Shown piece after piece: positions 29,620-39,801 of a DNA stretch of 64,000 nucleotides. Below the pieces are notes generated by a model. That model was not told the DNA's origin. It did no database searches and saw only the letters and a list, made by a program, of their open reading frames with translations. Positions within the stretch are counted from its first letter, which is position 1; every line of letters starts with the position of its first letter. The DNA is taken from NCBI GenBank assembly GCA_963663865.1, contig OY760686.1, positions 320,001 through 384,000 on the forward strand. Direction: 5' to 3'. The translations under genes and the position numbers were made by a program. This stretch comes from Spirochaetota bacterium (GTDB lineage: Bacteria > Spirochaetota > UBA4802 > UBA5550).

Positions 29620-30969
29620 TTAGCTTTTTAATTCAACAGTAATATCATCCAGCAGCTCTTTGAACTCATAATCTTTTTTAAGCAAATCTTCTATTTTGTT
29701 TACCGCGTTAACCACTGTAGAGTGATCGCGGTCACCAAATTCCCTCCCGATATCAGAAGTCGTTAACTCTGTAAGCTTTCTGGCCAGATACATTGAAGTA
29801 AATCTTGGAAGCACTATTCTGCTGTGTCTGCTATTGGACTTTAATTCTTCCGGAGTAACGTTGTACCTTGCCCCTACTCTTTCCATTATGTCTGTAATTG
29901 TAACCTTTTTAGCTGCATCTACATCAAACAATTCTTTTAAATGGAGCTTGCAATGCTCAATTGTTATAGGCTCGCTGTGAAAGGTTGAAACCAGTTTAAG
30001 TCTGTTAACGGCAGCCTCCAGCGACCTTATATTTGATTTAATTCTTCTTGCTATATAATTATAAGCATCTTCGGTAATGTCTATGTTTACCATTTCAGCT
30101 TTATTTCTAAGAATAGCTTCCCTTGTTTCAAGGTTGGGAGTTTGTACGTCTGTAATCATTCCTCCCTGGAAGCGTGTGCGTAGCCTGTCTGTAAGGTTAG
30201 CTATCTGTTTTGGCGGTCTGTCGCAAGATATTACTATCTGCTTCTGATTTTTGTGAAGCTCATTGAAAGTGTGGAAAAATTCTGCCTGGTTTTCCTCTTT
30301 TCCCTCAAGAAACTGTATATCGTCTATGAGAAGAACATCAACCTCTCTGTATTTTATCTTAAAACTTGCCTGTGTCCTTGTAAGAATTGAATTAATGAAT
30401 TCATTGATAAACTGTTCTGTTGTAACAAAAAGAATTTTAAGATAAGGTTTGTGTTCGCTAATATAATTACCAATCGCCTGAAGCAAATGTGTTTTTCCAA
30501 GTCCGGAATTCCCATATATAAAAAGCGGGTTTATTTGACGTCCTGGCTGCTGAGCTACAGAAAAAGCCGCAGCATGAGCAAACTGATTATTCGGGCCTAT
30601 CACAAAGTTTGCAAAAGTATAATTTGGATTAAGTATAGTTCCTCTCTGAATATCAGATGCAGGTTTTGCAAAGCTTTTCTGGAAAATATTCTGATTGGAT
30701 GATACCTGATTTGAAACAGGCGAATTGTCTTTATCGAAACCATTCTCAGTAACAAGTTCACAGAGATACTTTTGTCCCGATATTTTCTCAAGGGCCTCTT
30801 CGATTTTATTAATGTACTGTTCAGAAATATGCTTTCTGGCTACTTCGTCAATAACCTTGACTTTTATATTATTGCTGTCAAAGGACACGGGATGTGTATC
30901 CTTTAACCACATATTGAATGATTGTCTGTTTATCTCACCTTCGAGAATAGATAAAACTTTATTCCACAT
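29620..30969 (-). CDS. dnaA: Chromosomal replication initiator DnaA
   Basis: LNPNYTFANFV, NPLFIYGNSGLGKTHL, LIDDIQFL, RLRTRF, domain IV RDHSTVVNA. Confidence 0.98.
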   Translation of the reverse strand: MWNKVLSILEGEINRQSFNMWLKDTHPVSFDSNNIKVKVIDEVARKHISEQYINKIEEALEKISGQKYLCELVTENGFDKDNSPVSNQVSSNQNIFQKSFAKPASDIQRGTILNPNYTFANFVIGPNNQFAHAAAFSVAQQPGRQINPLFIYGNSGLGKTHLLQAIGNYISEHKPYLKILFVTTEQFINEFINSILTRTQASFKIKYREVDVLLIDDIQFLEGKEENQAEFFHTFNELHKNQKQIVISCDRPPKQIANLTDRLRTRFQGGMITDVQTPNLETREAILRNKAEMVNIDITEDAYNYIARRIKSNIRSLEAAVNRLKLVSTFHSEPITIEHCKLHLKELFDVDAAKKVTITDIMERVGARYNVTPEELKSNSRHSRIVLPRFTSMYLARKLTELTTSDIGREFGDRDHSTVVNAVNKIEDLLKKDYEFKELLDDITVELKS

Positions 30970-31320
30970 AGTAATAACGCTTCCTGAAAAAATTTATCAA
31001 CATTTGTTGATAACTTTGTTTATAAGTATATCTTTGTTCAGTAATAATAAAAAAATAACCGTAATATAATACCGAAAAAAAAACAGAGAAAAACATTGAA
31101 GTTAAAAACAAGGGATAACAGCCTTTGCTGATATACCTATGTTAATATTTCAGGGAATATATTTGGCAATCAATTAATCAGGTGTGATATTTTAAACTCC
31201 AAAAAAAATAATTTTTATTGATAACTGCGGGATAAGCTGTTAACAACTTCTTTTTGCTGTTGATAAAGCACAAATAATTGTTGTTAATAATTTAATATGT
31301 GTTATTTGTTAACATGATTC
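30970..31320. other. oriC part 1: DnaA-box cluster upstream of dnaA
   Basis: TTATCAACA 30994-31002, TGTTGATAA 31005-31013, TGTTTATAA 31017-31025, 11-bp phased TATTGATAA/GCGGGATAA/TGTTAACAA 31216-31246, TGTTGATAA 31258-31266, TGTTAATAA 31282-31290. Confidence 0.75.
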
Positions 31321-31384
31321 CAAAATGGAGCAATTTGGTTTTAGACGAATATCTAAAATAACTAATATTTGAGGGGTTATAAAT

Positions 31385-32011
31385 ATGAATTTTAACAGAA
31401 TTTGTATAGTTTTGCTTATTGTTTTAGTCTCACAAAATGTATATTCGATCCAAAAAGAGTTTATTGGCAAAATTGGAACATCCTACGCAAACAAACTTGA
31501 TAATGCCGGACTTGATATTTCAGTAAATTATGTTTATGACTTCGATCCATACTTTGTCGCTGGTTTTGAAGGATCTTTTTTCTGGCTTCCATGGGAAAAA
31601 ACACTTGGATATGATAGAACTGGTGAAATAACAAAGAGAATTGTAGCAAATTCCAATACATATTCTTTCCCATTATTTTTTAATGCTCAGGTTAGACTGC
31701 CTTTTCTTGTTGAGAAGATTTATGTTAAACCTTTTTTTAATATTGGTATTGGATATACGGGTATGATTTTAACTTATGACAGCCCTGAAATAAATGATGG
31801 AACTGAGATTTATCCTGAAGAATCTGTAACTGATTTTTATCACGGTTTTTCATGGCAGTTATTAGCAGGGGTAAATTTTAAACCTGCACCCAGCTCAAAT
31901 ATAGAATTCACCGGTGAATTTGGATACAGATCGATTAATACAAAAAAATCTAATCAGTCGGTTGATCTGTCAGGTTTACTCCTGAGATTTGGAGTTATAT
32001 TTAAGATATAA
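31385..32011 (+). CDS. Small outer-membrane beta-barrel protein (OmpA-like 8-strand type)
   Basis: GAGGGG RBS, signal peptide, amphipathic strands (PFFNIGIGY, WQLLAGVNF, FTGEFGYR), C-terminal RFGVIFKI. Confidence 0.7.
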   Translation: MNFNRICIVLLIVLVSQNVYSIQKEFIGKIGTSYANKLDNAGLDISVNYVYDFDPYFVAGFEGSFFWLPWEKTLGYDRTGEITKRIVANSNTYSFPLFFNAQVRLPFLVEKIYVKPFFNIGIGYTGMILTYDSPEINDGTEIYPEESVTDFYHGFSWQLLAGVNFKPAPSSNIEFTGEFGYRSINTKKSNQSVDLSGLLLRFGVIFKI

Positions 32012-32039
32012 AAACTATAGAATTATGTTCAAATAACTG

Positions 32040-32290
32040 CATGTGAATTTAATAGAAGTAGACTATTAATACTATTAATCTGTTTTTATATTATTAGTAA
32101 TAGTAGTAGTCATGGCTGTTATGTTGATAAATCAGTTAACTGTTGAATAAATGAAGAGTTAGCTGATTTATCGTTGTTGATATTAATTTTATTTATGATG
32201 ATTAAAACAAATAACATATCAACACAGTTTAAATCGGTGAAAAAGAGAGTAAGTTATCAACAACAGTTTAGAAATTATTAACAATAATTC
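32040..32290. other. oriC part 2: DnaA boxes plus DnaA-trio unwinding element
   Basis: TAT TAT TAG TAA TAG TAG TAG (32089-32109), then CATGGC and TGTTA-TGTTGATAA (32122-32130). Further boxes at 32175-32183, 32216-32224, 32254-32262 and 32275-32283. Confidence 0.8.
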
Positions 32291-32313
32291 TATATACTAA
32301 TATTGAGTTAAAA

Positions 32314-34233
32314 CTACTCTTTTAGTGCCTTATATACTGTTTTATAGTTACCAGCAGCATGCCAGAAAATGTATCCGTTTGACCCGCCTTCCTTCGCGCC
32401 TTTTGTCTGATTGGTTATATACCCTGTCCCGAAAGTAGGTGATAGCATTTTAAATGCCTGAAGATAGGGTCTGATGACTGAAGAACTATATGATAATATT
32501 TCAGCTCTGCGTGCTCCGTCTCTTATAATATGATAAGGTCTTATGTTATGAGGATAGCGTTCATAAAAATTTCTACCAAAATGGGATGGATAAACCATCG
32601 GTGAAATGGCATCAACAATTAGAGAAAACTCCTGCATATCCTGACCTATTGAGTTGCCGAAGCTGTACCAGGAATTAAAACCGTAAATATCCACAGAGAC
32701 TGGTATTCCAAGGCTGGCCTTTGCTTTAATTAGAAAATCACACAGAATTTCAGATTTGTAGGTATCAATGTCTTTATTATAAGAATAAAAACAGTTTTTA
32801 ACAGGACCGTCTGAAGGGAATCTTATATAGTCAAACTGAATCTCGTCGAACCCCTTAGCCTCAAGCTCTTTAGCAATACCTAAATTGTAATTCTGAACAA
32901 AATCTGAATATGGGTCCACCCAGTATTCACCAGGCGAACCTTTCCAGGGTTTCCTGTTATCTTGTCTCTTGATTGAATACCTGTTGCCGTAGGCAAGATA
33001 TAAAGCTTTGTCTTTGAAGGTAACAATTCGGGCGATAGTGTACAAGCCATGCCGCCTGGCTGTTTTAAGAATACTATCTATATCTACTGGTCCTCTTACA
33101 GAGCCTATATCTGAAGCGGTTTTAAGAGCTGATTTATAACGAATCCAGCCGAAATCATCTTTCATATCAATAACTAACGCGTTTAATCCGGCAGATTTAA
33201 TTCCACTGAGAACGTCATCTGGATTTTTTCTCAAAGAAGGAATACTCTGGTAAACCGCTTTTATGTCAGACGCTCTTTCATCGAATTTTTTTTGAGGACC
33301 GGCTTTGTTTAACTTAACATTAAGGGAAGTTTTCAACGAAGAATTATTAACTAAAAGCATCACCGGTTTTGATGGAAGATCATAATTCTTATCAGCATAG
33401 TTTTGTCTCAGCCATTTTTCGTTCTTTTTTGTGAAAATAGAGGAGGCTGCCGATACAGCTATTCCTGTGTCGGAAAATGTTATATCATCGGTTGAGTAAA
33501 GTTCTTCATTTATACCGGGTAAGTTGACTTTTTCCCACTTATTGCTTTTTTTTTCGAGAGAGTATAATCCTCCCCCAAAATAAAAACCAGAGTATAAATT
33601 TCCGCCCAGGTTTTTAATCAAGGACATCTCTTCAGTAAAACGCAGATTACCAGAATACTTTTCTCCGGGAAGACCATTGTTTTTGTTTCTGAAGCGGCTT
33701 CCCTGTTTTTCAAAGAAGCCGTTAAATGAAGTCCCGACTGCTATGTTGTTTCCTGACAATCCGAGCGCGGTAATGTAATTGCGCGGATGAATTCCATTTA
33801 ATAAAACGGTTTTCCATGTTGTTCCGGAGTTTGAGGATATGAATACACTGTGTTTGGTAGCAACAGCAATATGCTCTCCATCAGATGCAAATGCAGATAT
33901 CTTTCTGTATACACCTCTTTCTAGGAAGGATGTTCTTCTTTTGAAGTCACTGTGACTTATGTTTTCCCAAAAGGATTCTCCTTTTTTCAGCCTGAATAGC
34001 CCGTCTGAAAAAGTAGTAATAAAATAATAATTTTCAGTTTCATGTATTTCCAGGGGAAGAGAAATCAAGGGTAGACCGCTACCAAGCCTTCTCCAGTTTT
34101 CTCCTTCATCATTGGATATATATGGGCCATGCCTCTCTGTGAGCGCTACAATAAGCTGAGAAGAAGCGATTGATCCGGTTTTTGAAGGAAGGCATGAGCA
34201 TAGAAAAACAGCGAGTAGTATTGTTTTTTTCAT
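32314..34233 (-). CDS. Lipoprotein with N-terminal beta-propeller and C-terminal DUF4015 putative glycoside hydrolase
   Basis: Lipobox-like VFLCSC, S-x-D/N-x-G-x-x-W (BNR-like) repeats, LNALVIDMKDDFG, IARIVTFKD, GFDEIQFDYIRFP, ISPMVYPSHF. Confidence 0.8.
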   Translation of the reverse strand: MKKTILLAVFLCSCLPSKTGSIASSQLIVALTERHGPYISNDEGENWRRLGSGLPLISLPLEIHETENYYFITTFSDGLFRLKKGESFWENISHSDFKRRTSFLERGVYRKISAFASDGEHIAVATKHSVFISSNSGTTWKTVLLNGIHPRNYITALGLSGNNIAVGTSFNGFFEKQGSRFRNKNNGLPGEKYSGNLRFTEEMSLIKNLGGNLYSGFYFGGGLYSLEKKSNKWEKVNLPGINEELYSTDDITFSDTGIAVSAASSIFTKKNEKWLRQNYADKNYDLPSKPVMLLVNNSSLKTSLNVKLNKAGPQKKFDERASDIKAVYQSIPSLRKNPDDVLSGIKSAGLNALVIDMKDDFGWIRYKSALKTASDIGSVRGPVDIDSILKTARRHGLYTIARIVTFKDKALYLAYGNRYSIKRQDNRKPWKGSPGEYWVDPYSDFVQNYNLGIAKELEAKGFDEIQFDYIRFPSDGPVKNCFYSYNKDIDTYKSEILCDFLIKAKASLGIPVSVDIYGFNSWYSFGNSIGQDMQEFSLIVDAISPMVYPSHFGRNFYERYPHNIRPYHIIRDGARRAEILSYSSSVIRPYLQAFKMLSPTFGTGYITNQTKGAKEGGSNGYIFWHAAGNYKTVYKALKE

Positions 34234-34312
34234 TTTTTCACTCTTATTTTTTTTGATATGATGAGCAAATTTGCAGGTAGAGTCGTTTTTTTATAATTAA
34301 GTCCAACTATAA

Positions 34313-35989
34313 TTAAAAATGAGCGTTGAACATCTCTTCGTTGAATATTTCATACGAATAACCCTGTTCAGTTAGAAAGAGCTGTCTGTTGTGTGTAAAC
34401 TTTTCTTCAACCGTATTAGCCGAAATTATTGTATAAAAATGGGCCTGATTTTCTCCTGGTTTTGGACGGAGGACGCGCCCAAGTCGTTGGGCTTCCTCTT
34501 GCCTTGAACCGAAAGTACCAGAGACCTGGATCGCAATATTTGCATCCGGGAGGTCTATTGAAAAGTTGGCTACTTTGGAGACAACGAGGGTATTGATTTT
34601 GCCTGTCCTGAAAGCCTTGTAAAGCTCTTCTCTTTCAGGAACCGGGGTAACTCCTGTAATCAGAGGAAGTTTAAACTGTGATGATATCTGCTTGAGCTGA
34701 GAAATGTACTGGCCAATAATGAGGATGTTAGAGCCTTCGTGTTTTTTTAACAGGCTTGCAACTACAGCTATTTTGCGGACATTTTCAGAGGCTATTCTGA
34801 ACTTTTCACGGTCCTTTGAGACTGAGTACTGTATTCTCTGTTCATCCGGAAGGTTTATTCTGATTTCAGTGCAGAGAGCCTTGGCAATCCAGTTGGATTT
34901 CTCCAGCAGCTTCCAGGGAATATCAAACTTCTTTGGTCCAATAAGGCTGAAAACATCCGTTTCGAGTCCGTCTTCTCTTATCAGGGTTGCTGTAAGCCCG
35001 AGTCGTCTTTTTGACTGTATTTCGGAGGTCATTCTGAACACTGGCGCTGGAAGAAGGTGTACCTCGTCATAGACAATGAGTCCCCAGTTTTTTTTACCGA
35101 AAATATCAAAATGAATAAAAGGCCCCTTTTTGTTTTTTCTATAGGTTAAAATATTGTAAGTTGCTATAGTTACCGGCTTTATTTCTTTTTTATCACCTGA
35201 AAATTCTCCAATCATATCCGACTGAAGATCAGTTTTATCAAGAATTTCATCTCTCCATTGACGAAGCGCAATTGTATTGGTGACAAGAATGAGTGTAGCG
35301 GTTTTGTGAATAGCCATTGCCCCGATTCCAACAATTGTTTTCCCGGCGCCGCAGGGCATGACGATGACACCGCTTCCACCTTCCGGGCCGCCGCCCTTGT
35401 AGAAGGAGTTAACGGCATCTTGCTGATAATCCCTGATGACGAAATCACGCCCGGAAAGGGTTGTTTCTCTTGTGTTGATACTGCAGGGTTCTCCCTCTTC
35501 GTAACCCGCTACATCCTCGACGGGAAAACCAATCTTTATAAGGGCCTGTTTGATGTGACCGCGGAATTGAGCCTTTACTTTTATGGTGCTGTCATCAATT
35601 CTTGTCTCTATATATTCCTGCATTTTTCTATGATACATTATCTCATTGAGGAGAATTGAATCAGAAGAAACAAGAAATAGTCCTTTCTCGGTTTTTTTAA
35701 GCTTCAACAGGCCATATCGCTGCATTTGTTCACGAACTGTTACCAGAACTACTTCGGGGATTTCATATCTGGAGTAGTTCTTAATTGTATCCATAATGTG
35801 TTCTGTTGTAAGTCCTGAGGCGGCTGCGTTCCAAAGAGAAAGCGGGGTTATTCGGTATGTATGTATGTGTTCGGGACTTTTTTCAAGCTCAGCGAAGGAA
35901 AGGATGTCATCACGGGCGGATTCAAACTCTTCGTTGTCAACTTCAAGCAACAGCGTATTATCGCTTTGTACGATCAAAGGTTTTGTCAT
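34313..35989 (-). CDS. Bacterial XPB/Rad25-type SF2 DNA helicase
   Basis: PLIVQSDNTLLLE, LEKSPEHIHTYRITPLSLWNAA, PCGAGKT, DEVHLLPA, GSRQEEAQRLGR. Confidence 0.93.
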   Translation of the reverse strand: MTKPLIVQSDNTLLLEVDNEEFESARDDILSFAELEKSPEHIHTYRITPLSLWNAAASGLTTEHIMDTIKNYSRYEIPEVVLVTVREQMQRYGLLKLKKTEKGLFLVSSDSILLNEIMYHRKMQEYIETRIDDSTIKVKAQFRGHIKQALIKIGFPVEDVAGYEEGEPCSINTRETTLSGRDFVIRDYQQDAVNSFYKGGGPEGGSGVIVMPCGAGKTIVGIGAMAIHKTATLILVTNTIALRQWRDEILDKTDLQSDMIGEFSGDKKEIKPVTIATYNILTYRKNKKGPFIHFDIFGKKNWGLIVYDEVHLLPAPVFRMTSEIQSKRRLGLTATLIREDGLETDVFSLIGPKKFDIPWKLLEKSNWIAKALCTEIRINLPDEQRIQYSVSKDREKFRIASENVRKIAVVASLLKKHEGSNILIIGQYISQLKQISSQFKLPLITGVTPVPEREELYKAFRTGKINTLVVSKVANFSIDLPDANIAIQVSGTFGSRQEEAQRLGRVLRPKPGENQAHFYTIISANTVEEKFTHNRQLFLTEQGYSYEIFNEEMFNAHF

Positions 35990-36092
35990 TGGCAGGATTT
36001 ATCCAGTTGTTGTTATTTTGTGACTTTTTTGACAAAAATGAGCTAATTGTCAAGAATGTTTTAGTTTTAGGGGAGGATGATGCTTTCAATAA

Positions 36093-36797
36093 TCAGTTTA
36101 CAGACCCTCCCGGGAAGAGGTATTTCTCTGTTTCAATAATTGACAGAAACATGTTTACCGGTTCCTCATAAATATCAATCTCTGAGGCTGAATTATCAGT
36201 TGAATTGGAAGGTATTTCAGTGATGGTCAGCTTGTAATGAGCAGCCTGTATCCACATCTGAAGAAGAACACCGTGAGTATAATCCGTCAGCTCAAGGAGC
36301 TTTATTGCTTCAATTTTCAGAGCAAGAGTGGATGAAAGAGGATCGCTTGTATTGATAGAGCTGTTAACATCGCTCAGAGCTCCGGAGATAGTTGAAATTA
36401 TTTCCGATGTTTGTGTGTTGATATTTGCAAAAAAGTTTCCATCAATGAATCTGCTTGCAGAGACGATATCATAGCCATAATTTATTGAATCCATCAAAAC
36501 GGCAATATCCTCGCGTGGAGACTGGTTAGCCGGATCGAGAAAAACAGCTGTTTCATATCCTATATGGGAAGCATATTCACAACCGCTTATAAATGAAGCC
36601 CCGTATCCCATTTCAAGTTCCTTCTTGATCACTGTAATTCCCTCATAGCTTTCGGCAATCTCAAGGGATCTGTCTTCAGAAGCATCGTCAATAATTAGTA
36701 TGTCAAAACCGCTGAGTGATAATATCTCCTGGAGAGTTTTTGTTAACTCGGAGGCGTTGTTTGAAACTGGAATGATTATAAGGTTTTTATTTTTCAT
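36093..36797 (-). CDS. GT2 (DPM1-like) glycosyltransferase homologue, DXD motif degenerate
   Basis: IIIPVSN, IIDDASED, MGYGAS, YDIVSASRF; the expected DADGQ reads DPANQ. Confidence 0.7.
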   Translation of the reverse strand: MKNKNLIIIPVSNNASELTKTLQEILSLSGFDILIIDDASEDRSLEIAESYEGITVIKKELEMGYGASFISGCEYASHIGYETAVFLDPANQSPREDIAVLMDSINYGYDIVSASRFIDGNFFANINTQTSEIISTISGALSDVNSSINTSDPLSSTLALKIEAIKLLELTDYTHGVLLQMWIQAAHYKLTITEIPSNSTDNSASEIDIYEEPVNMFLSIIETEKYLFPGGSVN

Positions 36798-37026
36798 GAC
36801 ACGGTTCTCTTATTTATTAGTATTTGGATATGGATTAATAATGACATTATATTTCAAGCTTTTATGATAAAAGCATTCAATTTAGGCTGAAAATGGCGAG
36901 TTTAAAAAAATATTGACAAATGCCGGCTTGAAATGAGTCTCAATAGTGATCATTCTGCCTCCGCCTTCCCGATTGCGGCAGAAATGTAGGATTCTCAAGC
37001 TGTAATTTCAATCCAACGAGGAAAAA

Positions 37027-39801
37027 ATGGACTATTCTAAAACTGTTAATTTGCCTACAACAGACTTTCCGATGAGGGCCAATCTGCCTGTCAGAGAACC
37101 GGAACTGCTTGAGCTATGGGAAAAAGAAGGTCTGTATAAGAAAATTCAGGAGTCCAGAAAAGACGCCGAGCTTTACATCCTCCACGACGGTCCGCCTTAC
37201 GCAAACGGGAACATCCACCTTGGTCATGCATTAAACAAGATTTTGAAAGATATCATTATTAAGCATAAAACCATGATGGGTTTTCGTGTTCCTTATGTTC
37301 CAGGATGGGACTGCCATGGGCTTCCAATTGAGCTTAACGTAACGAAAGAGCTTGGTGATAAAGCCAGAACGGCATCAAAGGACGAAATTAGAAAAGGATG
37401 CCGTGAATACGCCGCCAGATTTGTTACACTTCAAAGGGATCAATTTAAAAGACTGGGGGTTCTGGCTGACTACGCGAATCCATATCTGACAATGAGCGGA
37501 GACTATGAAGCAAAGATTGTGGAGGTCTTCGCGGATATACTGGAAAAGGGCTATATCTACAGAAGCAAAAAGCCCATATACTGGTGCCCAAACTGCGTTA
37601 CGGCTCTTGCTGAGGCAGAAGTTGAATATGAGAATCACACATCTTCATCCATCTACGTGAAGTTTCCTGTCCGGAAAGAGAGCGCTGCTTATATTGGAGA
37701 GAGCGGCGAAAACGTATCAGTTATAATATGGACAACAACTCCATGGACTATTCCTGCTAACCTGGCTGTATGCTTTCATCCTGATTTCGATTATGCCGCT
37801 TATAAATTCGGCAGCGAATACTATGTTCTTGCCAGGGGTCTTGTTGAGCAGTTTGCTGCTGCGGTAGGTCAGACGCCCGAGAAAGAGGTCCTGCTTTCAA
37901 TCGAGCAGGTCGAAAACCTGACAGTAGATCATCCCTTTATAGAAAGGGAGTCAAAGGTGATATTTGGCGATCATGTAACCCTTGAACAGGGAACGGGAAT
38001 TGTTCACACTGCTCCCGGTCATGGACAGGAAGACTATCTCGTTGGTTTAAAATACGGACTGGAGGCTTTCTGTCCGGTTGACGATAATGGCTGCTACACT
38101 GAAGATTTCGCGCCCATGAAAGGAGTTCATGTTTTCAAGGCAAACGGCCCCGTAATCGACATTATGAAGAATAACGGGACGCTGATAAAAAGCGAGTCTT
38201 TTGAACACTCATATCCTCACTGCTGGAGATGTAAGAAGCCCCTGATTTTCCGCGCAACCGAGCAGTGGTTTTTCAGCATAGATCATGACAATATCAGAGA
38301 AAAAGCCCTTGATACAATAGAAAAAACCAAATGGGTTCCTTCCTGGGGGGAAATGAGATTCAGGGGAATGGCGGAGACTCGTCCCGACTGGTGTCTTTCA
38401 AGACAGCGCTCATGGGGGGTGCCAATTCCTTCTTTCCGCTGTGAAAAGTGCGGTAACAATATGATGTCTGCTGAATCGGTTAAGCATTTCGCCCGTCTTT
38501 CAAGGGAAAGGAGCATTGATATATGGTACACAGAGGATATAAAATCTTTGATTCCGGATGGGACAAAGTGCAGCTGCGGTAGTGATAGTTTTGTTAAAGA
38601 GTATGATATCCTTGATGTCTGGTTTGATTCCGGGGTTTCACATTTTGCCGTACTGGACAACAGAGCCGATCACCGTTGGCCGGCGGATATGTACCTTGAG
38701 GGGAGCGACCAGCATCGCGGTTGGTTTCAATCCTCACTCTGGCCGGCACTGGCAATAAAAGGACGCGCACCGTATAGCACCGTTCTTACTCACGGCTTTG
38801 TCCTTGATGAGAAGGGAAAGGCGATGAGCAAATCGATGGGAAATGTTATTGCTCCAGAGAAGCTAATCAGCCAGTTCGGTGCCGATATTCTCAGAATGTG
38901 GGTTTCTTCAGAGGATTACAGAAATGATGTGAGAATCGGTATGGACATGGTAAAACAGGCTGCCGATTCATACAGGCGTATCAGAAATACCTTCAAGTTT
39001 ATTATTGGAAATATTCACGGTTTTTCCGCAGAGGACAGGGTCAATTACAGCGATATGAGCGATATTGACAGATGGATGCTTCACGAGCTGTCGATTCTGT
39101 CGGATAAAGTTATAGCACATTATGAAAACTATGAATTTCATATGGTTTATAAAAGGCTTCAAAACTTCTGTGCTGTCGAGTTGTCGTCAATCTACTTCGA
39201 TATTTCAAAGGATATTCTCTATGTCGAAGAGAAAAATGACATAAAGAGAAGAGCGAACCTGACTGTGCAGCAGGAGATATTTAATGTTCTGGTAAGGCTT
39301 ACAGCTCCGCTTCTTGCTTTTACCTCTGAGGAAGTCTGGAAGTTTGAAGGGGGAACAGGTTCTATTCATGAACAGCATTATTACAGGCTTGACACAAAGT
39401 ATAACAACTCTGAAGTCAAGGCTTCAATTGACAGGATTGTCGATATAAAAAAAGATGTTTTAAAATCACTTGAGGTTTTAAGAAGAGACAAGACTATCAG
39501 GGGGTCCCTTGAGGCAGATATTAAGATATTTGTGAATGATGAATCTGCCAGGAAGAAGATTGAGATGATGGGTGGAGACTTTAAACGGTTCCTTCAGGTT
39601 GCAGCTGTGGAACTTGTTGACAGCTCTGATGAAAGCTTTACTAAATACGAAAAATGTTCAATATACGTTTCTAAAACTCAGGGAAAAAAATGCGCAAGGT
39701 GTTGGAACTATTTCAGCGAGCTGGGTTCTGATTCAGGGCATCCGGAGTTATGTGCAAGATGTACGGATATTGTAAAAAAAATTGGAGAGGTTTCTGAATG
39801 A
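37027..39801 (+). CDS. ileS: Isoleucyl-tRNA synthetase, type 1
   Basis: HDGPPYANG-HLGH, PGWDCHGLPIE, WTTTPWT, AMSKS, C-terminal Zn finger CARCW...CARC. Confidence 0.98.
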   Translation: MDYSKTVNLPTTDFPMRANLPVREPELLELWEKEGLYKKIQESRKDAELYILHDGPPYANGNIHLGHALNKILKDIIIKHKTMMGFRVPYVPGWDCHGLPIELNVTKELGDKARTASKDEIRKGCREYAARFVTLQRDQFKRLGVLADYANPYLTMSGDYEAKIVEVFADILEKGYIYRSKKPIYWCPNCVTALAEAEVEYENHTSSSIYVKFPVRKESAAYIGESGENVSVIIWTTTPWTIPANLAVCFHPDFDYAAYKFGSEYYVLARGLVEQFAAAVGQTPEKEVLLSIEQVENLTVDHPFIERESKVIFGDHVTLEQGTGIVHTAPGHGQEDYLVGLKYGLEAFCPVDDNGCYTEDFAPMKGVHVFKANGPVIDIMKNNGTLIKSESFEHSYPHCWRCKKPLIFRATEQWFFSIDHDNIREKALDTIEKTKWVPSWGEMRFRGMAETRPDWCLSRQRSWGVPIPSFRCEKCGNNMMSAESVKHFARLSRERSIDIWYTEDIKSLIPDGTKCSCGSDSFVKEYDILDVWFDSGVSHFAVLDNRADHRWPADMYLEGSDQHRGWFQSSLWPALAIKGRAPYSTVLTHGFVLDEKGKAMSKSMGNVIAPEKLISQFGADILRMWVSSEDYRNDVRIGMDMVKQAADSYRRIRNTFKFIIGNIHGFSAEDRVNYSDMSDIDRWMLHELSILSDKVIAHYENYEFHMVYKRLQNFCAVELSSIYFDISKDILYVEEKNDIKRRANLTVQQEIFNVLVRLTAPLLAFTSEEVWKFEGGTGSIHEQHYYRLDTKYNNSEVKASIDRIVDIKKDVLKSLEVLRRDKTIRGSLEADIKIFVNDESARKKIEMMGGDFKRFLQVAAVELVDSSDESFTKYEKCSIYVSKTQGKKCARCWNYFSELGSDSGHPELCARCTDIVKKIGEVSE

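Noticed and set aside
32062-32109. Short tandem repeats (ACTATTAAT x2, TAG x3) as CRISPR or microsatellite
   Set aside because: No spacers or cas genes; better explained as DUE/DnaA-trios.
36900-37026. T-box riboswitch before ileS (stem CATTCTGCC/GGCAGAAATG at 36951-36986)
   Set aside because: Leader too short and no T-box antiterminator (TGGNACC) motif; only a small hairpin.
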